NCBI GenBank assembly: GCA_964016885.1
Contig: OZ024742.1
Span: forward strand, 281,790,001 to 281,854,000
Source of the DNA: Eledone cirrhosa
Taxonomy: Eukaryota
Length of the DNA stretch: 64,000 nt
Direction: 5' to 3'
A model generated the notes under the pieces. The model saw nothing but the letters and a program-made list of their open reading frames with translations, was not told the DNA's origin and did not search any database. Positions 1-12,322 of the stretch are shown one piece after another. The stretch's first letter is position 1. Each line of letters begins with the position of its first letter. The position numbers and the translations under genes are program-made.

Positions 1-229
1 GAAAAAAATAAAATAAAATAAAAATACCAGCTAAATAGAACAACAGATTTGTTCTCTACATAACGGAGAATAATATATATATATAGTTGTTATATACTAA
101 GGTGTATTAGCTTGGCGATAGGTAAATCGGACTTCTTTGTCCGTAGAATGCGTTAGAAGGCCTTCCACTTCGATAGAGGAACACCAACAAACCACCCCAG
201 GGAGGGAACGCGCGGCATCGAGGGAAAAT

Positions 230-2793
230 TCAAATCCAGAAGAAACCCACCGCACAATAAGTACCTGGAGGAATTCGAACATGAAATGACTAACATAGTA
301 TCCAACCTTAAGTTCAGGAAAAACCCACTCAAGAGAAAGAGCTACCTAAAATACTGAACGGTGATCTAGGAAAACTAAAGAACTCGACCGGCATTCTGGT
401 GCACGCGGATAAAACGAACAACCTATACGATATGGATACAGTAACCTATGACGACCTGATAATCAGAGAACTTAGAAAAAACTACAAGAAAACTACACAT
501 GCCAACCTGGATCTAATCATCACGGAGGCCAATAGCGTCATGACTAAACTGGGTATTGAAAATAAAACTGAGCCCTTCCATCCCAGAATTCTGAGGATGT
601 TATTGAAAGACCACAAATTAGACTTTGAATCGTCAAGATCTGTCAGGCTAATAGCCCCTTCGAAATCGGACATAGGAATCGTGAGTAAAGACATCCTTGA
701 TAAAATAATCCCCACTTTAGTTAAGAGATCGAAGTTTAAATTATGGTCAAGAATTAGTGAGGTAATTAACTGGTTTGAGAAATCGCAGAATAAGAATAGC
801 ACTAAGATTATACAGTTCGATATCTCTAACTACTATTCTTCGATCTCTCCAGCTCTTCTAGGTAAGGCCCTTAAATTTTCTAGCTTACACACCGACCTTA
901 CATCGGAAGAAATTAACATTATTCTCCTAGCAAGGAAAACCTTAATTGAGTTCAACAGAGACTTGTGGACTAGGAGAGACTGGCCGGACAATTTTGACAT
1001 AACCATGGGATCCACGGACTCGGCTCATGTGACGGATCTGGTGGGCTTTTGCATCCTCGACTGTCTTGGAGTGGAAATGATCCAATTGGGAGGTGGGGCT
1101 TACCGTGACGACGTTCTGTTTACTGTGTCGTATCATAATAATAGTATGGTAGAGAGGGTGTGAAAAAAACTAAGAAAATTCTTCAAAAACATAGACTTAA
1201 GTATAGTGTTTGAAGAAAACCTGAAGATAGTTAATTTTCTAGATGTTACACTTAATCTCAATTCAAGACTCTTCCAACCCTACCACAAACCCAACGAGAA
1301 TTTAAATTATGTCAACGCAAAATCGAACCACCCTAGAATAGTCACTAACGGTTTTACAAAAAGCGTCTCTAGTAGAATTTCAGGACTATCTTCCAATGAA
1401 GGTACATTCGATAGGATCTCATATTACTATAATAGCGCCTTGGAACGCGCGGGGCATAGCGAGGGAATCTCATTCAAACGTCCATTAGGTAGTAGTAGCA
1501 ACGATAGCTTAGGGCAAAATAGTGACACTTTAGTTAACAGCAGGCGGGAGGCGAAGGAGGATCAATATAGACTTCATGTTGTATTGCCTCCTAGTCCAAA
1601 TGACGACGGTACCAATGAGAATAACCACCCAGGTATAAACACGGTGTCCGAGCACCGTACAGCCAGCGGCAACTTTAATTATAACCTTAACTGTAGAGCT
1701 GATAAAACAACCGTTGAACGTAAAATAAAACGGAGGTCGGGTAGGAGCAACAGGGATAAATGTAGTAGGCGCATAGTGGATATAACCCCGGCTATCGAGG
1801 GAAATTCCAATAACTGCACGGAGACAATAACCGCTTCGGAGACTTGGGACGATCCCAAACACCACCTGGACACCCCGGGACATCATCGACCCACATGAAG
1901 TTATCAGTTCTAATAGACCTGTAGCAACCAAGGAGGCAGGTAACACTAGTATAGATAAGAAGAACAAGAGGCATCGGACCAGAAAAATCCTGTGGTACAA
2001 CCCCCCATACTCCACCGGCCTGACCCTAGTATAGCTAGCTTTTCTTTAGGGCCTTAGACAATTCCTTCCCTAGATCACACAAATACTAAAAAATATTCAA
2101 TAGGAATACCATCAAGCTGTCCTACTCCACAACCAGTAACATAGCTCAGAATATAGCTAAGATGAAATATAGTAGACATAGGCAAACCCAGGGCGGGATG
2201 AGGCATGGCAGAACTAATGGCAATTCTATGCATGAACGGACTCATAAGCGTGAGGTGAGTCGGGCCACCCCAACCCCTGGGAACTTACCCATAGAGCAGA
2301 CAAGAACTGAGACCCAACACCAGGGGTACCGTGGTTCCTCAGGAACTACCCCGGTCGGTAGCATAAAATGCAATTGCAGGAACACCGCTACTTGCCCCTT
2401 GGCTGGGAAATACCTCACCAAGAACATAGTCTACGACTGTAAGGTCTCCACTTTAGATAGAACGTTCAGGTATGTTGGGGTGACTGCCACTGAATTTAAG
2501 GATAGATGGTATAATCACCGCCATACCTTTAATAAAGTAGATTTTAAAAATAGTACGGCGTTTCTGAATTACTCTGGAAGCTTAAACAACAGAGTATAGA
2601 GCACTCCTTATCCTGGTCCATAGTCTGCTCAGCCCAGCCATATAACGGCAGCATGGGCGTTTGTAATTTATATACAGCTGAAACCTTTAATATAATTAGA
2701 GGCGGCCCCCTACTAATTAATAGGAGAGCGGACTTTTTCAACACCTGCCAGCATAGAACCATGAAAACCTTCCTCGGGATTTTTGGAAAGTAA
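230..2793 (+). pseudogene. PLE polyprotein remnant: reverse transcriptase, Cys-rich linker and GIY-YIG endonuclease; frameshifts and stops
   Basis: Motifs in order: FKSRRNPP..LEEFE, ADKTNNLY, LKDHK..VRLIAPSKSDIG, FDISNYYSSI, FDITMGSTDSA, YRDD, VNFLDVTLNL, RKILWYNPPYS, IFNRNTIKLSYS, CNCRNTATCPLAGKYL, NIVY..YVG..EFKDRWYNH, CNLYTAE..LINRRADFFNTCQHR, stop TAA 2791-2793. Disrupted by TGA at 1161, TAA near 2087 and several frameshifts. Confidence 0.9.
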
Positions 2794-4021
2794 CCTACCA
2801 CTAACTCCCCCCTTTTTACCTTTGCCACAGAGTTCTCTCAATTAGCAAAAAATAGACAATCACACACTCAGGTAGTAGACAGCTAAGATCGTTTGCGCGC
2901 CTACACACTATATTTCCACAGAGTTCTCACAGTTGAGTGCATATTTACCATTACTTTAGAATACCTAGTTAGTAAATAGTTAGAACAATTACACACGCAG
3001 TTAAGACCGATTACGCGCATTCACCATTACTTTAGAATACCCTAACCATAGAGTTCTCTCAGTTAGTAAATAGACGTATTACACACTCAGTTAAGAACGA
3101 TTACGCTCTTTATACATAATTCTACACAGTGCCCGGTTTCTTTAGACACGGAGTTCCCACAGTTATGACCAGTCATGATCTTGTCGATTGAATACTATAC
3201 TAGGTTTTGCCTGTGATCCTCTAACCATGGAGTGTTCACAGTTTGTTGAATGGACAATACTACTTACACGCCATCAATGGACTTACACACATCCCCGGGG
3301 TTTTGTTATTTTATTTTGTTTTGGGTAACACTTATCTTAAAGGCCCGAGGGCCCATTTGACGGGAAAATGCACACACTGACACCTTAACTCAAATACCCA
3401 ACCCTACATGGAGCCCCTTGTTGGCCTACATGGCGGGTGCTTGCCACGCACAGACTCGGGGACTCAGACTCTCAACGTGACAACGGCACATATAGAGTTC
3501 GATACGAGCTGACTACTTGCTCTTCACATCGATGTTTATATACCAAAACACACTATTTAGACGAGACGGATGTTACAATTCAATCGATACACGTATAGCA
3601 GAACGTTGAACGGAATTTACTTGCATGTGTATAGGGTTGTGGTTGACGCAATTTTTTTCTAATTTACATCGTGAAAATTGAGATTTGACCAATATAACGT
3701 TTGTTCTTTTGGTGCATACTGTGTTGGTGTATATATATGTTTTTTCTCTGACCTCGCGTCGGTGTGTGAGAGTGTGTGTGTACTCAATAACACTAATTGT
3801 GACCGACCAAAATTCTACAGATCTGATGCTGAGATTAGACCTGTCCAGCGTCTTTTAAAGCTATTGAGAGATAGCGACTTGATAGATTTATGACCCTGAC
3901 TGAAGACGATGGCAGTTGGCGTGTTTTGGCTGCTGATTCTTCATATGGGGAACAAAACTCTAGTGAGTGAACATCGTTAGTTTTCCTCCCTCATATCAAA
4001 GATTTGAAGACATTTCATTAT

Positions 4022-4095
4022 TCACCTGATGAGATCAGTGATAATCAATCATGACCACACGATCGATCTATCCCTTATTGAAACATGTGTCGTGA
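4022..4095 (+). ncRNA. Type I hammerhead ribozyme at the PLE 3' end
   Basis: tcac-CTGATGA-(long, weakly paired stem II region)-GAAA-catgtg-TC-gtga. Stem I is tcac/gtga, stem III is a decayed palindrome (cacgtg-like), and the cleavage triplet is GUC. Confidence 0.7.
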
Positions 4096-4127
4096 TTAAA
4101 ATGATTGGAAATTTATACCATGCCATA

Positions 4128-4220
<93 letters not shown>

Positions 4221-4224
<4 letters not shown>

Positions 4225-5064
4225 AAGTGAGTCCTTCATCACTGACCCTCCAACCGTCCTCGGCATTTCATCGCTTTAAGGGCCATATGCCTCAGGTTGG
4301 TGCGAACAACGGCTAAAAAAAGTCGTTGGGACACGTAAATAAAGGGGGATGCTAGAGTAACAACAAAAGGGTTTAAGCAACGGAAAGTGAGTGGAAATAG
4401 ACAAGTCCCAGATCTCTATGAATATAAACTCTGTGAAATCGTGAACAAGAGACGAAAGACCATCGAACCTGGTAGAAATGTGAGCAAGGAAAGAATTTCG
4501 CCCAAGTTCGACGGGGTGGGGGGGAAGAGAGAGAGAGAGAAAGAAAAAGGAGAGAAGAGGAAGCAGAAGAAGAAGAAGATAAGGGGGTCTGGTCTACGAA
4601 TTCGGTAAACGCAAGTTTTGTGAAGTCGCAGACGAAAGAGAGAGAGAAAAAAATTCATACCAGCTCGGTCAAGACTGCGCGAGAAAAGAATTACACACAG
4701 GTCAAACTTGAAGGAGGAGCAGGAAAGAGGAGGAGGAGAGGTAGTGACAGAGAATGAGTGAGTGAAAGTTGAGGAGAGGGTAACAGAGAGGAGACTGCTA
4801 GAAGTGGTATAGATACAAGGAACGAAACAGACAGGCAGCATGGAAAGGTAATATGTGTAAATATGATGATAATAATGGAGCTGCGGCGTTGCAAATGGGA
4901 TACATATGAAAAAGTGAGTCCTTCATCAGTGACCCTCCAACCGTCCTCGGCATTTCATCGCTTTAAGGGCCATATGCCTCAGGTTGGTGCGAACAACGGC
5001 TAAAAAAAGTCGTTGGGACACGTAAATAAAGGGGGACGCTAGAGTAACAACAAAAGTGTTTAAG
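4221..5064. mobile_element. Non-coding element with 157-bp direct terminal repeats (4221-4377, 4908-5064) in (TA)n
   Basis: Two near-identical 157-bp copies 687 bp apart with (TA)n on both flanks. Confidence 0.75.
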
Positions 5065-5083
5065 ATATATATATATATATATA

Positions 5084-5475
5084 TTGGTAAACGGAATAGA
5101 AAATGCTGACAAATTGTTCACAGTTGAAAAATGGTTTAATTAGGAATAAAAGAGTATTAGTGATTGTATGGGTTAGTATTCAGTTGTGGTTTTAAGTTTT
5201 TAAGTTTTTACCGGTCGCGCATTTCTAAATGCTTTTCAAAAATAATTTTGAGATAGAGTGTCCGTGTTGTTTGCTCTGATCTGAGCAAACAACACGGACA
5301 CTCTATCTCAAAATTATTTTTGAAAAGCATTTAGAAATGCGCGACCGGTAAAAACTTAAAAACTTAAAACCACAACTGAATACTAACCCATACAATCACT
5401 AATACTCTTTTATTCCTAATTAAACCATGTTTCAACTGTGAACAATTTGTCAGCATTTTCTATTCCGTTTACCAA
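5084..5475. repeat. Fold-back palindrome, 193-bp arms, 6-nt loop
   Basis: 5084-5276 is the reverse complement of 5283-5475 (one mismatch seen); loop TGATCT. Confidence 0.95.
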
Positions 5476-5510
5476 TATATAATAACTTGTGTGTTACACC
5501 TCTATTCTTT

Positions 5511-5580
<70 letters not shown>

Positions 5581-5587
<7 letters not shown>

Positions 5588-6962
5588 ATACTTGGGGAGG
5601 GTCGTATTTGTGTATAATACTATTGCCAGAATTGATAACAGAACACACTCACTGTCTGGTTGGTTTTCGCTTCTGTGTCTTTTATATCGGTTAATTTAAT
5701 TTATTCGGTCCTCAATGTTACCATTGACTGACCAATAGTCAAAAATACAGATACAATATAGACACAAACACATATATATAGTCTATCAAAGTTCTTTCGT
5801 TTCACATCTGCAACATCGTCAGTGTTGTTATTATGTTTCCTCCCGTTGCATTGTATGCTTACGCCATCTTTATTTAGTCTGCTTATTTATTTATTTATTT
5901 ATTTGTTTTTTTCTTCTTCTCTGCGCATGCGTTTGCGTATAGCGTTTTGTTTGATGTGTTTTCTTGTTTGGGTGACTGTGTATTGGTTAATGTATTCTAT
6001 CTTAGTTTACTAGTGTGTGTTTATATGTGTTTGTTGTTATTGTGCTTGTGTATGTATTTATTAGGTCAGTATTGTTTGGGTGTTGTTGTTATTCCATTCC
6101 TTTTTTCTGTTTAGCCTTGGCCTTCTAAGTTCTGTTTCGCTGGCCTCTCTGATTTGCCTATCTGCTGGGTCATTTCTATGTTTAGATATTATTCTAACTT
6201 CTATGTTGTCTATGTTACCGTTGTGTTGTTGTCTGGCATATTCGTATAGTACTATACGAATATGCCAGACAACAACAAAACGGTAACATAGACAACATAG
6301 AAGTTAGAATAATATCTAAACATAGAAATGACCCAGCAGATAGGCAAATCAGAGAAGCCAGCGAAATAGAACTTAGAAGACCAAAGCTAAACAGAAAAAT
6401 GAATGGAATAACAACAACACGCAAACAATACTGACCTAAGAGAAGTATAAATAAACAAATAAATACATACACAAGCACAATAACAACAAACACATATAAA
6501 CACACACTAGTAAACTAAGATAGAATACATTAACCAATACACAGTCACCCAAACAAGAACACATCAAACAAAACACTATACGCAAACGCATGCACAGAGA
6601 AGACAAAAAAAAACAAATAAATAAACAGACTAAATAAAGGTGACGTAAGCATACAATGCAACGGGAGGAAACATAATAGCTCCGCTGACGATGATGCAGA
6701 TGTGCAACGAAAGAACTTTGATAGACTATATATATGTGTCTGTATTTTTGACCATTGGTCAGTCAATGGCAACATTGAGGACCGAATAAATTAAATTAAC
6801 CGATGTAAAAGACACAGAAGCGAAAACCAACCAAACAGTGAGTGTGTTCTGTTATTAATTCTGGCAATATTATTACACAAATATGACCCTCCCCAAGTAT
6901 AACAATATTTGTTTCGACACACGATTTCATATCAAAAACCTCGCAAAACTAATTCATCGCCG

Positions 6963-6964
<2 letters not shown>
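5581..6964. repeat. About 1.3-kb fold-back palindrome with no loop, plus a 57-bp unpaired tail
   Basis: Centre ttcgtatagt|actatacgaa at 6250/6251; arms 5581-6250 and 6251-6907 with scattered mismatches and indels; flanked by (TA)n. Confidence 0.95.
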
Positions 6965-7001
<37 letters not shown>

Positions 7002-7010
7002 TATATATAT

Positions 7011-7044
<34 letters not shown>

Positions 7045-7145
7045 ATCCAGGGAGTGTAACGTGAAGTTACTGCAGGTTCACCCAGGTGAACACTCGATGG
7101 TTCACGTCAGTATCGAGGTGTAGAACTAGACAGAGTGTAATATAA

Positions 7146-7335
7146 TAATTGTTTCTACTTTTGGCACAAGGCCAGCAATTACCCAGTGCATTACTGGTAC
7201 TTTATTTCATCGACCCCGTAAGGATGAAAGGCAAAGTTAACATCGGCGTGATTAGAATTCAGTCCGTAAAGGGAAGTAACTATGCTGCAAAGCATGGCGT
7301 CCGACCCTCTACGGGTACTGCCAATCCACCACCCT
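7146..7335 (-). mobile_element. tRNA-derived SINE (family A)
   Basis: Matches the other copies; target-site duplication agagtgtaatataa at 7132-7145 and 7336-7349. Confidence 0.88.
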
Positions 7336-7789
7336 AGAGTGTAATATAAGGACGAATAGTTACTCCTTCATTATGTTTATTGGTTGGGACCAAAAGCTCG
7401 TCAGACCTCTGTAGTAGTAATGACAGAATGAGTGTATATGTGGGTGTGTGTGTATGTATATTTACATCCATGCTCGTCTGGATCTGCAAGCACGGACATA
7501 TGCCCCTGTATGAGCGTGCGCACAGGTTTACTTATTTATTTATTTTCCTTTTTTATACTCTCACACATGTTTTCTATAAGGTTTCTTAATAGCCTTCTCT
7601 ACTTTCTACAGTCTTCACAAACCAACTTCACACCATATTTCCTCATGTGTGTAGATATATATTTATATATATATTTTATATATACATATTTTCATACGCT
7701 AACCTCATACCACTCCCATCACCTCATTAATTCCTTATAGCGCATGTTCCCTTTAACGATGTCTAAACAGCATATCCTACCCACTACCT

Positions 7790-7983
7790 AATAGTTGTTT
7801 CTACTTTTGGGACAAGGCCAGCAATTATCCCAGTGTAATACAGGTACTTTATTTTAGCGACCCCGTAAGGATGAAAGGCAAAGTTAACCTCAGTGGGATT
7901 TGAACTCAGATCAGAAAGGACCGGAACTCTATGCTGCTAAACATGGCGTCCGACCCTATACCAATACTGCCAATCCACCACCC
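7790..7983 (-). mobile_element. tRNA-derived SINE (family A)
   Basis: A box TGGCAGTATTGG, B box GTTCAAATCC, body cctttcatccttacggggtcg. Confidence 0.85.
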
Positions 7984-8217
7984 TATAGTAAATATAATGT
8001 CACTTGTAATGTGGCAGATTGACTATTTGTATGGCCGTTGGCTCTGCTAAGTGCTTCCGCCCTTTCCGGGGTTTTGTATTTCATCCGGCAGGGTGTCCAA
8101 ATATCACCCTCCTCACCAAGCAAGCTTGGTGGGGTTGCCGGCTTAGTCACCGATGACCCGACCATGAGGCAGGTTGTACTAGGTAACATGTTACCAGTAG
8201 CACCCGAGAGCGACCTG

Positions 8218-8248
<31 letters not shown>

Positions 8249-8753
8249 CGTATAAACATACTTTAACATATGCCAAAATTTCCAAGATCCGTATACTGTT
8301 TAATGAATATTTTTTCTACTTCCAAAGAATCCCTCTGATGATGGAAATTCTCCAATATCGGCTGTCTTAATTCATTAGGATAATCAATATTATTTCTTAA
8401 TTCCAGAATGCAGTTGGAGAAACAATATGTACGAAACTTTCTAATATTAATTAGTTTAGCTCGCAGCCCCTCACAAACACACACAATTGAGGTTAAGTTA
8501 AATTATGTTTAAACGCTTTTCTGATTTGATGTATAACTTTTCATTGAGATGTCCAAGTATATTAATGACAAATGACTTCCCGGTTGATATTTGCAACTCC
8601 TTAATTGTTAACTCGATATAGGCGAGTATTATGGGTGCTATCTCTAACGTCGCTATGAACCTCTCATGTTGTAGCGGTTTCTTTTCAAATTATCGGTATT
8701 TTATTACACACACACGCACACTTACTTTCTCTCTATCCTCCCTCTCTCTCTAT

Positions 8754-8867
<114 letters not shown>

Positions 8868-8924
8868 CTACCTTGATTAAATCTTAACCAATTAAACATC
8901 TTAGGGTATGCCATGTATCATTTT

Positions 8925-8977
8925 ATTTTATCTGATGAGGACGCACTGTTGTACCTCTGAAATATGTATAATAAAAT
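8925..8977 (+). ncRNA. Minimal type I hammerhead ribozyme in a roughly 160-bp insert between (TA)n tracts
   Basis: attttat-CTGATGA-gga...tct-GAAA-tatgta-TA-ataaaat; 7-bp stem I. Confidence 0.7.
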
Positions 8978-9017
8978 TTAATTGATCACAAGAACATCTA
9001 TTTTATTAATATTTGTA

Positions 9018-9070
<53 letters not shown>

Positions 9071-9079
9071 TAGCATCAT

Positions 9080-9192
9080 TAGTGATCATCTTTGTGCAGA
9101 TGACGCTACATTTGTAACAAAATCTTTAAAGGAAGCCCAGGAACACGTAAACCATTTTCTCTGTTGCGAGTAATACCTTCAGGCTTACTATC
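9080..9192 (+). pseudogene. RTE-clade RT fragment
   Basis: Translates HLCADDATFVTKSLKEAQEHVNHF, resembling the LFADD region of RTE/BovB-type RT. Confidence 0.5.
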
Positions 9193-9604
9193 TTAACTAT
9201 AAGAGAGGGGAGTGCGGAACAGCATCCAGAATATATTTGTTAATCCCGTTAGTAAAATAAGTCGGATTACTTTGAATAGATAATGAATGAATATTACATA
9301 ATTTATCTACTAAATTTCGTAACAAATGATTAATCAAATAATTTTATTGCATATTTCAAGATTTACTTCTTTTAAAAGATTCAAATTTCAATACTTCCGG
9401 TATATCGCCACAACCGCCACCACCACTATATATATATAGACAGAGCGAGAAAGAAAGAGAGAGTGTGTGAAGAGAGAGATACAAAGTGGCTATGTGACAT
9501 ATATATGTGTATATATGTATATATGTATAACTAAATAGTGAAATAGAACTTCCGCTGTTTGTAAACAAAACTAATGTTCAAAACAACGCTAAGCTCTGTA
9601 TCTT

Positions 9605-9648
<44 letters not shown>

Positions 9649-9652
<4 letters not shown>

Positions 9653-10015
9653 TAAACGGAATAGAAAATGCTGACAAATTGTTCACAGTTGAAAAATGGT
9701 TTAATTAGGAATAAAAGAGTATTAGTGATTGTATGGGTTAGTATTCAGTTGTGGTTTTAAGTTTTTAAGTTTTTACCGGTTGCGCATTTCTAAATGCTTT
9801 TCAAAAATAATTTTGAGATAGAGTATCCGTGCTGTTTGCTCTGATCTGATTAGTTTTGGGAATTCTACCTGTTTTTATGTTAAAAAAATGGCTCCAGCGT
9901 TATTTTTGTGTTGCAAAAATGCTTGTGGTCAAAACAATTTTGATTGGTCGGTAGAGGTCATGTGGATAAAAAATTGGTTTTGCGCCAAGATTGAGAAATG
10001 ACTCTTTCACAACAA

Positions 10016-10020
<5 letters not shown>
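9649..10020. repeat. Unfolded copy of the 5084-5276 arm continuing into further element sequence
   Basis: 9649-9849 is nearly identical to 5084-5284 and then diverges (ttagttttggg...). Confidence 0.85.
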
Positions 10021-10099
<79 letters not shown>

Positions 10100-10300
10100 G
10101 TGTGTGTGTGTGTGTAGTAGTAGTAGTAGTAAGGTGTTCGATGCTGCGACAATAGCCACCAGCGATGTGTGTCAAATGGCTATTAAGATAAGTGTGTGTG
10201 TGTGTGTGTGTGTGTGCGTACATACACACACTTATCTTAATAGCCATTATTAATAGCCACGTACGCACATATATATATATATATATATATGTGCGTACAT

Positions 10301-10347
<47 letters not shown>

Positions 10348-10476
10348 TTTGCTCTACGGTTCTTATATATTTGATATATATTTATACTTATCGAGCCCAC
10401 TTTAGATTTTAGTCTTCAAATTTATTATTATTACTATATATATATATATATATATATACATTGAGAGAGAGAGAGA

Positions 10477-10538
<62 letters not shown>

Positions 10539-10654
10539 GAGAGAGAGAGAGAGAAGGAAAGAGAGATAGATTGAGAGAAAAATGAAAAGATTAGGATGTT
10601 TTTCAACTCGCAGATGTGTATGTGTATATGTGTGCGTAGTGCATATACATACAT

Positions 10655-10860
10655 TACAAGCAGGTTATACACACATCTAGGACCACACACACAACACACA
10701 AGTAGGAAATACATACATTTATGACCACATACAACACACATGCAGGTAATACACACATCTAGGACCACATACAACACACAAGCAGGTAATACTCACATCT
10801 AGGACCATATATAGCAGACAAGCAGGTAATACATACATCTATGTCCACATACAACAAAAG
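10655..10860. repeat. About 40-bp minisatellite
   Basis: Repeats of acacatctaggaccacatacaacacacaagcaggtaat. Confidence 0.8.
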
Positions 10861-10899
10861 GCAGGCGAAAGGGGTGGACAAACGAGATACTACCAGAGC

Positions 10900-11375
10900 A
10901 AAAGATAACAATATCGTGGGGAGTACTGGGAAACCTCTCGAATAATTTTTGAGGCAAGCCAGCACGCTCGCAGCGTTACCTCGGATGAAAGCGAGGCTGA
11001 ACAACCAAGCGCCTTCACGAGCTTCACCAATTATCGCTGTTAGGCGAGCCGCCAGTTAAGATAGAATCTGGCAGTCAGTAGTCCGACTTCCCCCTACGTC
11101 TCGAACGCCACAGGCTGGAAAATGTAGTTAACCGACAGAACCCGGAATTTTAGGATTTTGTTCTGTTCAGTTGCGGATGCTGTGGATCTCGCCCTTACTG
11201 CTGCATCCAGGATGTGGGAAGAAGAAAAAGAATCACTAACAGTGATGTCCCAGACAAAACATCTTCCTCTTGACCAGGAGCACAGGGTAAGACCGTCAGG
11301 TCTTTTTCCATCAATTCTGGACAACCCAGACGGTTTCAAAATCGAGGGGATGTTTGCCCGGCCAAAGCTCTTCTC
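10900..11375 (-). mobile_element. CRE-clade non-LTR retrotransposon 3' fragment (restriction-like endonuclease)
   Basis: GLSRIDGKRPDGLTLCSWSRGRCFVWDITVSD..ATEQNKILKF..YIFQPVAFET and SLAFIRGNAASVL match the CRE RLE C-terminus. Confidence 0.8.
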
Positions 11376-11729
11376 TAGTAATAGGACAGTGTGTGCATGT
11401 GCGCGTGTGAGTTCGTCGGCATTCTTAAATTAGAGACGTGTGTGTTATATATATGTGTATGTGTATGTGTATGTGTGTCATATATATGTGTGTGTGTGTC
11501 ATATATATATATATATGTGTGTGTGTGTGTCATATATGTATGTGTGTGTGTGTGTATGTGTCAACGTTTTGAAGTTAGAGACATATATGTGTATCCTCTT
11601 CCTTCCTTTTACACACACATACATTCACACAAACACACACACACACACACACATTGTGGGATGGACAGGAGTCGCTCAAATTTACAAACATGTGAATGGA
11701 GTTCCACTGAAGTAGCTGGAGAAGTTTAA

Positions 11730-12322
11730 TTATCATGAGTGATGGAAGGCAGGAGGCTGAATTAAGTGCAAGAATTGCAACAGCTGATGCAGTAATGCGC
11801 CAGCTTCAGCATTCAGTAATCAGAAGAAGGGAGGTAGGTGTAAAAGCCAAACTCGCTGTCTTCCTGGTATTTCTGCCAACCCTACTGAGGGTCATGAATA
11901 TTGGGTAATGACCGAAAGAATACAATTGCAAATACAAACGGCAGAAATGGGGTTCCTCAGAAGGGTCTTTGGGGTAACGGTACTCGATAAAGGGCATAGC
12001 TCGGAGATCAGAGAGTCACTCCTGGTTGAGCCGCTACTTCTCCGGATTGAGAGATCACCGCTCCGATACTATGGGCATGTGGTTAGAATGTCTCAGGAAA
12101 GAATCGATGGGACAGATTTTACAGGCAAAACCAACCAGCAAGAGTCCCAGAGGTAGACCCTAAGCAATATAGTTGGATAACATCCATGAGCTCGGCTGGT
12201 TACGCTTTGGGATCCGGCTGGATCAGTTAGAGATGTTTGCTTCAGACAGACTAATTGGAAAGAGTGTTTGAGGAGGACTTTGCCCCCACAACCTTCTCAG
12301 AAATAAGTGGGTGAAGAAGAAG
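11730..12322 (+). mobile_element. RTE-clade (Expander/Rex3-like) LINE 3' fragment
   Basis: IQTAEMGFLRRVFGVTVLDKGHSSEIRESLLVEPLLLRIERSPLRYYGHVVRM, followed by a PRGRP-like motif and a (GAA) tail. Confidence 0.8.

Larger units (their letters stand above)
90..4123 (+). mobile_element. Penelope-like element (PLE), Naiad-like, decayed; ends in a hammerhead-bearing 3' region followed by (TA)n
   Basis: RT and GIY-YIG coding remnants at about 230-2793, a long 3' region with sub-repeats, a hammerhead at 4022-4095, and (TA)n on both sides. The 5' boundary is approximate. Confidence 0.88.

Noticed and set aside
1161-1163. In-frame TGA in the PLE RT as selenocysteine (some Naiad elements encode selenoproteins)
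   Set aside because: It falls at a basic-residue position (ERV*KKL, probably from CGA/AGA), not a Cys site. The Cys-rich linker has no TGA, and the copy has other stops and frameshifts. No SECIS was identified.
3896-3985. CTGAAGA followed by a cgatg/catcg stem as a second PLE hammerhead
   Set aside because: No GAAA follows the stem and no stem I or III could be formed.
5100-5145. CTGACAA..GAAA in the palindrome arm as a hammerhead
   Set aside because: Core altered and stem I does not pair.
5084-6907. Palindromes as sequencing or assembly fold-back artefacts
   Set aside because: Arms differ by substitutions and indels, and related elements recur with shared tails. The youngest hairpin (5084-5475) still needs read-level confirmation.
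8330-8460. CTGATGAT...CGAAAC as a hammerhead with a long stem II
   Set aside because: Stems I and III are not convincing by eye.
10655-10860. CRISPR-like array
   Set aside because: Contiguous tandem units with no unique spacers, no cas genes, and a eukaryotic context.
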